The notes: a model not told the origin generated them from the sequence alone. A stretch of 64,000 bases of DNA from Sphingobacteriia bacterium (GCA_011390785.1 JAABRR010000008.1:8258-72257); one strand, 5' to 3'; shown: positions 19,370 through 29,278, counted from the first letter of the stretch. Program-made: numbers and translations.

Positions 19370-20617
19370 ATGAAAGAATTTTTAGAAAATGAAGAATTTC
19401 AGGCTCTGTTAAAAGCAGCCGATGAAATTGGCGCAAGCGGAAAACGCTTTTCAGACATTGAAGACGATGCCGGCCACCAGTATGTTGATCTTGTGCAGGA
19501 AGGCGGAGGTGTTTTGGGTGTAGCCCTTGTGGGTTATACCTATATTTTAGAAAGAGTTGGGCTACGTTTTTTCAGTCTGGCAGGAACATCTGCCGGAGCC
19601 ATCAATACCATGATGATTGCTGCTTTGGGCCCTGTTACTGAAGCTAAATCGGAAAAGATTCTTGATATTTTAAGCCGTAAAAATCTATTTGATCTGGTGG
19701 ATGGTCGCAGGCCGGTAAAAAAGTTGATTCAGAAAGCAATTAGGGGTGAATCAGGAATATGGTTTCTTGTTCTATTCAATTTGAGTTTATTTTACAATGC
19801 CATCACACGGCAATTAGGCCTAAACCCGGGAAAAAACTTTGAAGAGTGGATTACCGAAGAGCTTTCGAAAGTTGGGATTAAAACCATGGGCGATTTAGCA
19901 AAACTCAGAAAACAGCTCCCATCAGGATTAAAAGATATTAATGGAAGCAGTGTTGAAGAATTGGAACCCAAATTGGCTATTATTGCAGCAGATATTACCA
20001 CCCATAGCAAAACAGAGTTTCCGCGTATGTCGGAATTATATTTTGCTGATCCCGATAGCCAGACTCCGGCAGCACTGGTTCGCACATCCATGTCGATCCC
20101 CCTGTTCTTTGAACCGGTTACACTATCGAACATCCCTAACCAAGGTACCACAAAAGACAAAAAATGGATAGAACATTGCCGTTACAGTGGCCCTGTGCCA
20201 GCAAGTGTAAGCTTTGTAGACGGGGGGCTATTATCCAATTTCCCCATTAATGTATTTCATCGGAGTGATGGAGGGGTGCCTCGAATGCCTACTTTTGGAG
20301 TAAGATTGAGTACCTACCGCGAAGAATTTTCAAATATAATAGGGCTTAAAAATATGATGGGTGCCATGATCAGCTCTATGCGTCAGATTTATGATTATGA
20401 CTTTCTAAAACGCAACCCTGACTATTCGCAACTGATAGCTCATGTTGATGCCGACAAAGAATTTAACTGGCTTGATTTTGAGATACAAAGGCCTGAACAG
20501 GTAAAAATGTTTTTGCATGGTGCACGCGAAGCTATCGAATTCCTAAATAAATTCAACTGGGATCATTACAAAAAGACCCGAGGCATTTTAGCTGAAGGAA
20601 GTAAAAAGATGAAGTAA
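19370..20617 (+). CDS. Patatin-like phospholipase family protein
   Basis: 415 aa. Oxyanion GGGVLG, nucleophile elbow GTSAG and catalytic Asp motif VDGGLLSNFP. Confidence 0.88.
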   Translation: MKEFLENEEFQALLKAADEIGASGKRFSDIEDDAGHQYVDLVQEGGGVLGVALVGYTYILERVGLRFFSLAGTSAGAINTMMIAALGPVTEAKSEKILDILSRKNLFDLVDGRRPVKKLIQKAIRGESGIWFLVLFNLSLFYNAITRQLGLNPGKNFEEWITEELSKVGIKTMGDLAKLRKQLPSGLKDINGSSVEELEPKLAIIAADITTHSKTEFPRMSELYFADPDSQTPAALVRTSMSIPLFFEPVTLSNIPNQGTTKDKKWIEHCRYSGPVPASVSFVDGGLLSNFPINVFHRSDGGVPRMPTFGVRLSTYREEFSNIIGLKNMMGAMISSMRQIYDYDFLKRNPDYSQLIAHVDADKEFNWLDFEIQRPEQVKMFLHGAREAIEFLNKFNWDHYKKTRGILAEGSKKMK

Positions 20618-20661
20618 ATTTTCAAATGTTATCCTAACATCTGGCGAGTTAGGCTCATTTT

Positions 20662-20702
20662 AAAGAAATAGCCTGCGGCTTGAAACCGCAGGCTATTTCT
20701 TT
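20662..20702. terminator. Bidirectional intrinsic terminator between the patatin gene and the convergent small ORF
   Basis: Perfect 17-bp stem aaagaaatagcctgcgg / ccgcaggctatttcttt with a 7-nt loop. A/T runs form the stem base on both sides. Confidence 0.7.
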
Positions 20703-20747
20703 AAAAGGTTATGCACCCTTTTTTTCATTTCTAATGAGAAAAATATC

Positions 20748-20933
20748 TTAACCCCTGTTTAAAGCCCATATTGTTAGACCTGCAACAGTAATTAAGCTGC
20801 CAAGAAAAACAACGGCATTGATGCTTTTTTGTACTTTCCTGGCTTTCTTTAGCTGTTTTGAGCCAAAACCTTTTTCTTCAATAAAGTTTTCAAGCTTTCT
20901 TACTCTTCCTTCAAATTCTTCTCTTATATCCAT
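20748..20933 (-). CDS. Hypothetical small tail-anchored membrane protein (61 aa)
   Basis: Charged N-terminal helix plus one C-terminal TM segment (AVVFLGSLITVAGLTIWAL). ATG start. No recognisable family. Confidence 0.4.
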   Translation of the reverse strand: MDIREEFEGRVRKLENFIEEKGFGSKQLKKARKVQKSINAVVFLGSLITVAGLTIWALNRG

Positions 20934-21088
20934 AATCTCAATATTTTAAGGTTAGTAACTATAATTTTAACATCCTTAATGATAAATTGTTTAGAATTAA
21001 ATGATTACAGAATATTTTGGCAAATCAATTGCAGCAAAATACAAATTAAAACCACCCCAACCGGCAGATAAGCATTATCTAATGTTGA

Positions 21089-21964
21089 TTAATCTGAATT
21101 ATGATTATAGTTTACAGGTTCAATATGAATGGTAGAAATTATTCCGAGCTGTTTATATACAATATCTTCAATGTCAGTGGCAATTTTATGCCCTTCTTCA
21201 ATGCTTAAATCATTTTTAAGTTTAATGTGAAAAGTTAATTCCTGATGCCCAACATAATTATGAATATGAAAATGATGAGGATTTAAATCATCAACAATAT
21301 AATGTTGAATTGAATTTTTGATCTTTTCAACCAATTCGGAACCTGGTATTTCTCCAAGAAGTTTATTAATTGCCTCTTTTGCAATTTGATACGTTGCGTA
21401 AAAAAGCATAAATGAAATGCTTGCCCCTAAAACGCTATCAATCCACCAGAATTGATTGGCAAATAAAATTCCAATTAATACCACAATTGACGACAGGGCA
21501 TCTGTTCTGTGATGCCAACCATCAGCTTTAATGCTAACATTATCAGTTTTGCGACCAATATAAAAAGCATATTGAGCCAAAGCTTCTTTTACAATTATAG
21601 AAATGATTGTAACCACTATTGCCAGGGTTCCAAACTGGGTAGATTCGTGGTTTTTGAATTGGATGACAGAATCTTTAAGAAAATCAAAAGCTATAATTCC
21701 AAGAAGAAATGCAATAAATAAAGCTGCAATTTGCTCCCACCGTCCATGCCCAAAAGGATGTTCCTTATCAGGTTTCTTAGATGAAAGTTTAACAGCCACT
21801 ATTACTATTATAGAGCTTAAAGAGTCTGAAAGCGTATGCCATGCATCTGCGGTTAAGGCAATTGAACCTGTAACAATCCCTGCCCAAAATTTCAAAACAA
21901 AAAGTACGGTATTCACTATTACTGAAATAGTTCCTTCTAAATATCCTGCTCTCGCCTTATCCAT
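21089..21964 (-). CDS. Cation diffusion facilitator (CDF) family metal efflux transporter
   Basis: 291 aa. CDF metal-site motifs AWHTLSDSLSS and GWHHRTDALSS plus a C-terminal cytoplasmic domain. Starts 33 nt after the MarR gene. Confidence 0.88.
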   Translation of the reverse strand: MDKARAGYLEGTISVIVNTVLFVLKFWAGIVTGSIALTADAWHTLSDSLSSIIVIVAVKLSSKKPDKEHPFGHGRWEQIAALFIAFLLGIIAFDFLKDSVIQFKNHESTQFGTLAIVVTIISIIVKEALAQYAFYIGRKTDNVSIKADGWHHRTDALSSIVVLIGILFANQFWWIDSVLGASISFMLFYATYQIAKEAINKLLGEIPGSELVEKIKNSIQHYIVDDLNPHHFHIHNYVGHQELTFHIKLKNDLSIEEGHKIATDIEDIVYKQLGIISTIHIEPVNYNHNSD

Positions 21965-21997
21965 AAATCTAAAATTATAATTATACTTATCTAATTA

Positions 21998-22438
21998 TTA
22001 TAATGCCTTTTTGTGTTTTATCAAAGATTTAACAGACTTGTTCAATAACACAATAAGGATTTCCTTTTCTGATTCTGTCATTTCGTCTGTAAGCAATTCA
22101 CCAATTCGTTTATGCAGCTCAGCATGCAATGAAGCAGCTTTTTCTCCATCCTCAGTTAAATGAACATGTGCGCTTCTTCTATCCTTATCTGAGGTAACCT
22201 TATAAATAAACTTGTTTTTTTCAAGCCTTTCAATCATTACAGATATAGATGCTTTGGCAATATTCATTCTTTCCGCCAACTCAGTCATCGATGGATTTTG
22301 CATGTTCTTAATCAACTCTATGCAGTATAACTGCCTTGATGTTAGATTCTTCAAGTTTGATTCTTGTTTCATTTCTTCTTCAAGAACTTCACTGGATTGC
22401 AAAATCGTATTCAGTATTTTCTCTAAACTTTTCTGCAT
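21998..22438 (-). CDS. MarR-family transcriptional regulator
   Basis: wHTH core (LTSRQLYCIELIKNMQNPSMTELAERMNIAKASISVMIERLEKNKFIYKVTSDKDRR). The ORF-track start at 22459 is TTG. ATG 22438 lies 18 nt downstream of a -7 box. Confidence 0.85.
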   Translation of the reverse strand: MQKSLEKILNTILQSSEVLEEEMKQESNLKNLTSRQLYCIELIKNMQNPSMTELAERMNIAKASISVMIERLEKNKFIYKVTSDKDRRSAHVHLTEDGEKAASLHAELHKRIGELLTDEMTESEKEILIVLLNKSVKSLIKHKKAL

Positions 22439-22456
22439 TTCTAAATTTTTATTTTG

Positions 22457-22464
22457 CAAAAATA
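22457..22464 (-). promoter_or_regulatory. -7 promoter box for the marR-CDF unit
   Basis: Minus-strand tatttttg, about 18 nt upstream of ATG 22438. It overlaps the TTG used by the ORF track. Confidence 0.4.
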
Positions 22465-22688
22465 CAATTTTAATTAGAGATAGCTAACTATTTTTCAGTT
22501 TTTTTTCAGTCTTATTAATAATTTAGAATTAACAATAGTGAGTTTTTTTAAATAAAGGCTAATAATTTGCAGGGATGGGTCACCCAATAGGAAAAAAGTA
22601 ACTTTCGCTGTTAATTCTGCAAATTGATATAAAGAAGATTGTATTTTTACGCCACAAAAGTTTTTTTTGAACCCAAAACCAAGATGCT

Positions 22689-23981
22689 ATGAAGTATTTA
22701 ATCAGATCTCTATTCATTTTTATGTTGATGGTGGTAAATATATCCTTTTCAGGAAAATGCGCCCCACCCATAACCCATAACTGGACCCATTTTCGCGGCA
22801 GCAATTTGGATGGAGAGGCTATTGCCGATAACCTACCGATATCATGGAATGACTCAATAAATATTGCCTGGAAAACTGCCATTCATGGAAAAGGCTGGTC
22901 ATCGCCGGTGGTTTTCGGTAATCAGGTATGGGTAACAACAGCCGACAAACAAGGTGAAAAGATGTATGGAGTTTGCACGGATTTAACAACAGGAGAGATC
23001 CTTCAAAACATCCTGCTTTTTGAACCCGAAACCATACAATCCATACACGACGTAAACTCATACGCTACACCCACGCCATGCATCGAGGAGGGTTTCGTTT
23101 ATTTCCATTTTGGAAAATATGGCACAGTGTGCCTTAACTCACAAACCGGAAAAAAAGTTTGGGAACGTACTGATCTGCAATGCACTCACGTGCAAGGGCC
23201 CGGCTCATCACCCATTCTATATGGCAATATGCTAATCCTGCACTACGAAGGAGATGATGTTCAATTTATTGTAGCATTAGACAAAAAAACCGGAACTACC
23301 CTATGGGAAACACATCGCCCGGCTGATTTATACGAACCCCTTGCTCCAATCGGACGAAAAGCATACATCACTCCCATTGTAATGAATGTGAACGGGAAGG
23401 AATTGCTTATTTCAAACGGATCAGCGGTTTGTATTGCGTATGATGTACATACCGGCGAAGAAGTATGGCGGGTTGTGCAGGGCGAAGACTCCACCATCTC
23501 CATGCCCTTTCAGTGGGATGGGAAGGTATATTTTTATACAAGTTTCTATACCAAACCAGATGAATCAAAGACCGCTGAATTGCTTGCCGTGAACCCTGAT
23601 GGAACGGGAGACATTACCGAGACTCATGTATTGTGGCGACACGAAGGACCTATTCTTCAATTGCTTACACCAATTATAAAAGATGGACTGATTTACACCA
23701 TTGATTCACGCAATATCATGCACTGCATTGATGCCCAAACTGGAGAAATCATTTGGGAACAAAGACTCAGAGGAAGATTCAATGGATCGCTGGTATCCGC
23801 CGATGGTATGATCTATTGCTCATCCACCACCGGATCTGTTTTTGTTGTTGGTGAAGGCCGGACTTTTCAACTGCTTTCAGAAAACAAGCTTGATGGAGAT
23901 ATCTGGGCAACCCCAGCCGTGGTAGACAACTCCCTACTGATAAGAACCAGTAAGTACCTTTACCGTATTGCCAACCAATAA
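22689..23981 (+). CDS. Secreted PQQ-like (BamB-type) beta-propeller repeat protein
   Basis: 430 aa. Signal peptide and repeated W/G-rich blades (GEEVWRV, GEIIWEQ, GKKVWER, GTTLWET). Confidence 0.75.
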   Translation: MKYLIRSLFIFMLMVVNISFSGKCAPPITHNWTHFRGSNLDGEAIADNLPISWNDSINIAWKTAIHGKGWSSPVVFGNQVWVTTADKQGEKMYGVCTDLTTGEILQNILLFEPETIQSIHDVNSYATPTPCIEEGFVYFHFGKYGTVCLNSQTGKKVWERTDLQCTHVQGPGSSPILYGNMLILHYEGDDVQFIVALDKKTGTTLWETHRPADLYEPLAPIGRKAYITPIVMNVNGKELLISNGSAVCIAYDVHTGEEVWRVVQGEDSTISMPFQWDGKVYFYTSFYTKPDESKTAELLAVNPDGTGDITETHVLWRHEGPILQLLTPIIKDGLIYTIDSRNIMHCIDAQTGEIIWEQRLRGRFNGSLVSADGMIYCSSTTGSVFVVGEGRTFQLLSENKLDGDIWATPAVVDNSLLIRTSKYLYRIANQ

Positions 23982-24143
23982 AATTTCACTATAGGCACAT
24001 CGTTGCTCTCATTAGCAGATAAGTCCATTCCCGAAATATCTGTTTCAATACTTATAGAGAATAGGCGTTAACTTCAATTTTTGTTCTTATTTTCGTAAGC
24101 CGCAAAGAGCATCAATCAAATAACGAAAAAAGAAACAAGGCTT

Positions 24144-24839
24144 ATGACGCAAAAACGAATTATTGTACTTACCGGAGCCGGAGTAAGTGCTGAGAGTGGA
24201 ATCAGCACCTTTCGCGATAGCGGGGGGTTATGGGAAAAATTTGACGTAAGCGAAGTGGCTACCCCCCAGGCATGGGCCAAAAACCAGGCGCTGGTATTGG
24301 AGTTTTATAACCAACGTCGCAAGCAATTATACGAAGTGGAACCCAACAAAGCCCACTATGCCCTTGTGGCTCTTGAAGAAAAATATGATGTGCATATCAT
24401 TACACAAAATATTGACGATTTGCATGAAAGAGCCGGCTCTAAAAACGTGATGCACCTGCACGGCGAACTGAAAAAAGTAAGAAGTTCTGTTGATGAGAAC
24501 CTCGTTTATGATTTGGATGGCTGGGAACTAAAAAAAGGTGAAACCTGCGAAAAAGGTTCCCAACTTCGTCCACACATTGTTTGGTTTGGGGAAGCAGTAC
24601 CCATGATTCCTTTTGCAGCAGAGTTGTGTGCTACTGCCGATATTTTTCTGATTATTGGCACATCATTAAATGTTTATCCGGCAGCTGGACTGGTAGCCTA
24701 CAGACCTCCTCGTTGCATGGTGTATTTGATTGATCCGGCAGATGTGGCGATTTCGCATATTCCAGGGATAAAAATTATTCGGCAAAAAGCTGGAAAAGGA
24801 ACTTCTGATTTGGTAAAAGAACTGTTAAATAATGCCTGA
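24144..24839 (+). CDS. cobB: NAD-dependent protein deacylase (sirtuin, CobB type)
   Basis: 231 aa. GAGVSAESGISTFRD, QNIDDLHERAG and HG motifs. Confidence 0.9.
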   Translation: MTQKRIIVLTGAGVSAESGISTFRDSGGLWEKFDVSEVATPQAWAKNQALVLEFYNQRRKQLYEVEPNKAHYALVALEEKYDVHIITQNIDDLHERAGSKNVMHLHGELKKVRSSVDENLVYDLDGWELKKGETCEKGSQLRPHIVWFGEAVPMIPFAAELCATADIFLIIGTSLNVYPAAGLVAYRPPRCMVYLIDPADVAISHIPGIKIIRQKAGKGTSDLVKELLNNA

Positions 24840-24841
24840 AG

Positions 24842-25387
24842 ATGCAAAAATTGTCAATGGATGAACTGGGTCGCATTAGCCCCGAAGAATATAAACAGGG
24901 TAAAAAATTTCCGCTGGTTATTGTTCTCGACAACATTCGGAGCATGATGAATGTGGGTTCAGTATTTCGCACTGCCGATGCCTTTCGCATTGAAAGAATT
25001 CTGCTATGCGGAATTACTGCGTGTCCACCCAACAAAGAGATACACAAAACGGCTCTGGGTGCTACGGAATCTGTTGACTGGCAATATTTTTCTGAAACCG
25101 AAGAAGCCGTTTTACAGCTCAAAGAACTTAATTACCAGGTTTATGCACTTGAGCAAACCACCGGGAGCTTTTCCCTTCAGAGCTTTCAACCAAAACAGCA
25201 ACAACCCTATGCTCTGGTTTTTGGCAACGAAGTAAAAGGTGTTCAGGACAACGTTTTGAAGCACTGCCACGGAGCCATTGAAATACCTCAGTTTGGCACA
25301 AAACATTCCTTTAACATCTCAGTAACTGCCGGAATTGCAATCTGGGACTTTTTTACCAAAATGAATTCTTTCAAGGACCTTAAATAA
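24842..25387 (+). CDS. TrmH/SpoU-family RNA 2'-O-methyltransferase
   Basis: 181 aa. SpoU motifs NVGSVFRTADAF, LVFGNEVKGV and IPQFGTKHSFNISVTAGIAIW. Starts 2 nt after the cobB stop. Confidence 0.85.
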   Translation: MQKLSMDELGRISPEEYKQGKKFPLVIVLDNIRSMMNVGSVFRTADAFRIERILLCGITACPPNKEIHKTALGATESVDWQYFSETEEAVLQLKELNYQVYALEQTTGSFSLQSFQPKQQQPYALVFGNEVKGVQDNVLKHCHGAIEIPQFGTKHSFNISVTAGIAIWDFFTKMNSFKDLK

Positions 25388-25519
25388 TACCTTCATAATT
25401 ACTAAGTTATTTGGGATGTAGCTTAACAGACTGTAAGAAATACAGCCTATTGAGCCCAATTTGTGTTTAGTTATATTTCGAGTCATTTTTAACAAAAAAA
25501 ACCTGAAAAAAAATTTCCA

Positions 25520-25529
25520 CAAACGTTTG
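25520..25529. promoter_or_regulatory. Perfect 10-bp palindrome caaacgtttg, candidate operator upstream of the GntR/PBP1 regulator gene
   Basis: Self-complementary with a central CG. About 20 nt upstream of a near-consensus -7 box (taatattg, 25549-25556) and 66 nt upstream of ATG 25595. Confidence 0.35.
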
Positions 25530-25594
25530 CATTCTAAAAAATAATTCGTAATATTGCCAAACAGAACAGTTCAGTACAGTTGGTAAAAAAAGAT

Positions 25595-26590
25595 ATGATT
25601 CAAATAAACCCGGCATCACCCATATCCAAATACAGGCAGATTATCCAATCGGTGCTCGAATCAATTAATAATAAAACACTGATAACTGGAGACAAAATTC
25701 CATCCATCAATCAAATCTGTAAAGAATGGAATCTTTCGCGCGATACGGTGGTGAATGCCTACAATGAGTTGAAAATGCTGGGCATCATATCATCAGCCCC
25801 GGGAAAAGGATTTTATATTGCCAGTAGCAACATTAAAGTTACCAATAATATTTTCCTGCTTTTTGATGAACTCAACGGGTTTAAAGAAGACCTATATAAT
25901 TCGTTCCTTGAAAACCTGCCCAAAGGTGCTGTTGTGGATCTCTATTTTCATTATTTCAACAGGCGGTTTTTCGATCAGCTTATCAAAGAGGCACAAGGCA
26001 ATTACAACACCTTTGTAATTATGCCGGTAAAATTTAAAGACACCTACCCCCTTATCAATCAGCTAACAGGAAGAGTTGTTATCCTGGATCAGTTGCCGGA
26101 AGATCTGGCCGGGCACTTCGCATCTATTTACCAGGATTTTGAGTCAGATACATACGAAGCCCTGATCTCGGGGAAAAAGTTGTTAAGCCGATATAACCAT
26201 TTGGTTATGGTGCACCCAGGTGGTAAGGAACCCGAAGGACAATACAATGGGTTTCTCAAATACTGCCACGAAACAAAAACAGCACACGAGCTTATTGGTA
26301 GCCTGAAAGAAAGAACAATTAAGAAAGGAGAAGCCTATCTTGTTATTGACGACCGGGATCTGGTATGGCTCATGAAAGAAGCCAAGAACGCAGGTCTTAA
26401 ACCGGGTCGTGACCTCGGAATTGTTTCCTTCAATGATAAGCCATTGAAAGAAGTCTCAGGAAGCAGCGGAATTACCACCATCTCAACAGATTTTAAATTA
26501 ATGGGAAAAACCCTGGCAAAACTAATCGCAGAAAAAACAAATACAGTCATAAAAAATCCATCATCATTAATTATTCGCGGATCATTATAA
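25595..26590 (+). CDS. Transcriptional regulator, GntR-type wHTH fused to a LacI/PBP1-like sugar-binding domain
   Basis: N-terminus KYRQIIQSVLESINNKTLITGDKIPSINQICKEWNLSRDTVVNAYNELKMLGII is GntR-like, followed by about 260 aa that are periplasmic-binding-protein-like. The ORF-track start at 25580 is TTG. ATG 25595 is preferred. Confidence 0.8.
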   Translation: MIQINPASPISKYRQIIQSVLESINNKTLITGDKIPSINQICKEWNLSRDTVVNAYNELKMLGIISSAPGKGFYIASSNIKVTNNIFLLFDELNGFKEDLYNSFLENLPKGAVVDLYFHYFNRRFFDQLIKEAQGNYNTFVIMPVKFKDTYPLINQLTGRVVILDQLPEDLAGHFASIYQDFESDTYEALISGKKLLSRYNHLVMVHPGGKEPEGQYNGFLKYCHETKTAHELIGSLKERTIKKGEAYLVIDDRDLVWLMKEAKNAGLKPGRDLGIVSFNDKPLKEVSGSSGITTISTDFKLMGKTLAKLIAEKTNTVIKNPSSLIIRGSL

Positions 26591-26602
26591 AATTTAAAAC
26601 CT

Positions 26603-27511
26603 ATGCAACCAACACTCGTTATTCTCGCTGCCGGAATGGGCAGCCGCTACGGAGGGCTAAAACAAGTAGATAAATTAGGACCCGGTGGCGAAACCATTAT
26701 CGATTATTCAGTTTTTGACGCCATGCGTGCCGGATTTGGCAAGGTGGTTTTTGTCATAAGAAAAAGCATTGAAAAAGACTTTCTGGAAGTTTTTGCTGAC
26801 AGATTTCTGAAAAAGGTGCCCTACGAAATTGTTTTCCAGGAACTGGATATGCTGCCCGGAGGTTTTACGTGCCCACCCGAAAGGCAAAAACCCTGGGGAA
26901 CCGCTCATGCCATATGGGTAGCCCGTAATGCAGTAAAAGAACCTTTTGTGGTGATCAACGCAGACGATTTCTACGGAAGACAGGCCTACGAAACACTTGC
27001 CGATTTTATTAAGAAGAACCCCGAACAAACAACCGACAATTATGCTATTTGTGGCTACAGGCTGGACAAGACCCTTTCAGAGCACGGCACTGTTAGCCGC
27101 GGTATTTGCAAGGTAAATGAAGGTGGCTATCTTTCATCGGTAGATGAACAGTTTAACATTGAAAGACTAAGCAATGGCACAATTGTGAGCCACAACAACG
27201 ACACCCCAGTTTCCCTTGAGGCCGACACGCTGGTTTCCATGAATTTCTGGGCATTTAACCCTACCCTTTTCCAAATTATTGAAGAAAAATTCAAAGCATT
27301 TCTCCCCAAACATATTCACGAACCCAAATCTGAGATCTTTACGCCAACCCTGGTTGATGAACTGATTAATGACGGAGCAGCCAAAGTAAAAATGCTCCAA
27401 TCAGATGCCAAATGGTTTGGCGTTACTTATGCTGAAGACAAGCAAATGGTTCTCGACAATCTGAAAGCACTTTATGATGCCGGAGAATATCCTGATAAAT
27501 TGTGGGAATAA
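26603..27511 (+). CDS. Sugar-phosphate nucleotidyltransferase family protein, specificity unknown
   Basis: 302 aa. NTP-transferase P-loop-like LAAGMGSRYGGLKQ, KPWGTAHAI and INADDFYG motifs. Confidence 0.8.
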   Translation: MQPTLVILAAGMGSRYGGLKQVDKLGPGGETIIDYSVFDAMRAGFGKVVFVIRKSIEKDFLEVFADRFLKKVPYEIVFQELDMLPGGFTCPPERQKPWGTAHAIWVARNAVKEPFVVINADDFYGRQAYETLADFIKKNPEQTTDNYAICGYRLDKTLSEHGTVSRGICKVNEGGYLSSVDEQFNIERLSNGTIVSHNNDTPVSLEADTLVSMNFWAFNPTLFQIIEEKFKAFLPKHIHEPKSEIFTPTLVDELINDGAAKVKMLQSDAKWFGVTYAEDKQMVLDNLKALYDAGEYPDKLWE

Positions 27512-27518
27512 GAGTTTG

Positions 27519-27573
27519 GAGAACAAATAATTGAGCTCAGGGACCAGACACCTGATCCCAGCTCTTTGTTCTC
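27519..27573 (+). terminator. Long imperfect hairpin 8 nt after the nucleotidyltransferase stop (terminator, attenuator or RNA-stability element)
   Basis: gagaacaaa(27519-27527) pairs with tttgttctc(27565-27573). gagct(27533-37) pairs with agctc(27560-64). Inner ggga/tccc and cag/ctg pairs bring the stem to about 21 bp with bulges. Followed by agcttttc. Confidence 0.4.
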
Positions 27574-27637
27574 AGCTTTTCAATCCCCGATTCCCCATTA
27601 AGATATCGAATAATTAACAAACTAAAAAATACACAAC

Positions 27638-29278
27638 ATGGGTACATTTCATACGATTGACTATATCATCTTTATAGTTTATGCAGCGCTGATTTTATCG
27701 GTTGGGCTGTGGGTTTCAAGAGGCAAAAAAGGCCAAAAGAAAAGTGCGGAAGATTATTTTCTTGCCAGTAAAAGTCTTCCCTTTTGGGCCATTGGCGCAT
27801 CTTTGATTGCAGCCAATATTTCAGCAGAACAATTTATTGGCATGTCGGGTTCGGGCTTTGCCATTGGTTTGGCCATTGCATCCTACGAATGGATGGCAGC
27901 CATTACCCTGATCATTGTAGCCAAATTTTTCCTCCCGGTTTTTATCAAGCAGGAATTGTTTACTATTCCCCAGTTTATTGAAAAGCGTTACAATACCAAC
28001 CTGAAAACCATTCTGGCCATTTTCTGGGTAACCTTGTTCATCTTTGTTAACCTGACTTCCGTGCTGTTTTTAGGTGCGAAAGCTCTGGATACCATACTCG
28101 GAACCGGAGATGGATCAATGATCATGCATTTCATTATAGGTCTTGCCTTATTTGCTGCAGCCTACTCTATCTGGGGTGGATTGTCGGCGGTTGCCTGGAC
28201 CGATGTAATACAGGTTGTTCTGCTTGTTATTGGTGGACTTATTACTACACTTATCGCGCTTAATCATGTAACCCCTGACGGTGGTATTCTTGCAGGTGCC
28301 AGCCACATGTATGATGTTGCCGGAGATAAATTTAATATGATCATTTCCAGAGACGATCCTCAGTTTATGAACCTGCCAGGCATTGGTGTTCTTATTGGCG
28401 GATTGTGGGTTGCCAACCTGTATTACTGGGGATTCAATCAGTACATTATACAGCGGGCTCTGGCAGCAAAATCTCTCCAGGAAGCCCAGAAAGGGCTTGC
28501 TTTTGCAGCATTCCTTAAACTTCTGCTTCCGGTTTTTGTAGTAGTACCCGGTATCATTGCCTATGTAATGTATATGCAGCCCGAAGGAACAGTGATTATA
28601 GACGGCATCCAGTCAGACTTTACACGCCCCGATGGTAGTATCAACTACGATATCTCCTATCCATGGCTGATAAAAAGTTTTATTCCCATGGGAATAAAAG
28701 GATTGGTAGTGGCAGCACTTACTGCAGCCATTGTTTCTTCACTGGCATCCATGCTTAATTCTACAGCAACCATTTTTACCATGGATATTTACAAACCCTA
28801 CATCTCCAAGAAAACAGATGGGAGTGATTTAGTACCCGTTGGACGTATTACAGTGATGACAGCTCTTATCATTGCTGTACTTCTTGCACCTGCTCTGGAT
28901 TCAATGCCTCAGATGTTTCAGTACATACAGGAATATACCGGTGTGGTAAGCCCGGGAATTTTAGCAGTATTCCTCATGGGTCTTTTCTATAAGAAAGCCA
29001 ACAGTACAGCAGCTATAGTAGGGGTTCTTACTTCTATTCCGGTAGCACTAATGCTGAAATGGCTACCTGTGGAAATGCCATTTTTAGATCAGATGCTCTA
29101 TACCTGCCTTATCACCATTGCCACAATCGTTATGGTGAGCCTGGTAACTGCCAAAGAAGACGAGAACCCCAAATCTATTCCACTGCCCAAAGAAACTTTC
29201 TTCACATCAAAAAGTTTCAATATCTCGGCTTACGCGGTTATGATCATTCTGGTGGCATTGTATAGTGTATTTTGGTAG
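27638..29278 (+). CDS. Sodium:sugar symporter (SSS/SGLT family), probable galactose/glucose transporter
   Basis: 546 aa polytopic. DYFLASKSLPFWAIGASLIAANISAEQFIGMSG. Adjacent to galK. Confidence 0.85.
   Translation: MGTFHTIDYIIFIVYAALILSVGLWVSRGKKGQKKSAEDYFLASKSLPFWAIGASLIAANISAEQFIGMSGSGFAIGLAIASYEWMAAITLIIVAKFFLPVFIKQELFTIPQFIEKRYNTNLKTILAIFWVTLFIFVNLTSVLFLGAKALDTILGTGDGSMIMHFIIGLALFAAAYSIWGGLSAVAWTDVIQVVLLVIGGLITTLIALNHVTPDGGILAGASHMYDVAGDKFNMIISRDDPQFMNLPGIGVLIGGLWVANLYYWGFNQYIIQRALAAKSLQEAQKGLAFAAFLKLLLPVFVVVPGIIAYVMYMQPEGTVIIDGIQSDFTRPDGSINYDISYPWLIKSFIPMGIKGLVVAALTAAIVSSLASMLNSTATIFTMDIYKPYISKKTDGSDLVPVGRITVMTALIIAVLLAPALDSMPQMFQYIQEYTGVVSPGILAVFLMGLFYKKANSTAAIVGVLTSIPVALMLKWLPVEMPFLDQMLYTCLITIATIVMVSLVTAKEDENPKSIPLPKETFFTSKSFNISAYAVMIILVALYSVFW

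Noticed and set aside
19370-20617. Patatin-like phospholipase as a possible CBASS or other anti-phage effector
   Set aside because: No cyclase/CD-NTase, sensor, NTPase or other defence partner is adjacent. The neighbours are methyltransferases, a tiny membrane ORF and a MarR-CDF pair. It looks like a stand-alone housekeeping-type lipase.
24144-24839. SIR2-domain protein as a possible defence (NADase) module
   Set aside because: Its length and motifs (GAGVSAESGISTFRD, QNIDDLHERAG) are those of the canonical CobB sirtuin. It is translationally coupled to a TrmH methyltransferase and has no defence-type partner domains.
25319-25522. 67-aa minus-strand ORF in the trmH-regulator spacer. Similar spacer-spanning ORFs occur at 39103-39309, 41089-41325, 22580-22882 and 30616-30807.
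   Set aside because: They overlap promoters, terminators or the ends of real genes, they have implausible composition, and no -7 box or family motif supports them.
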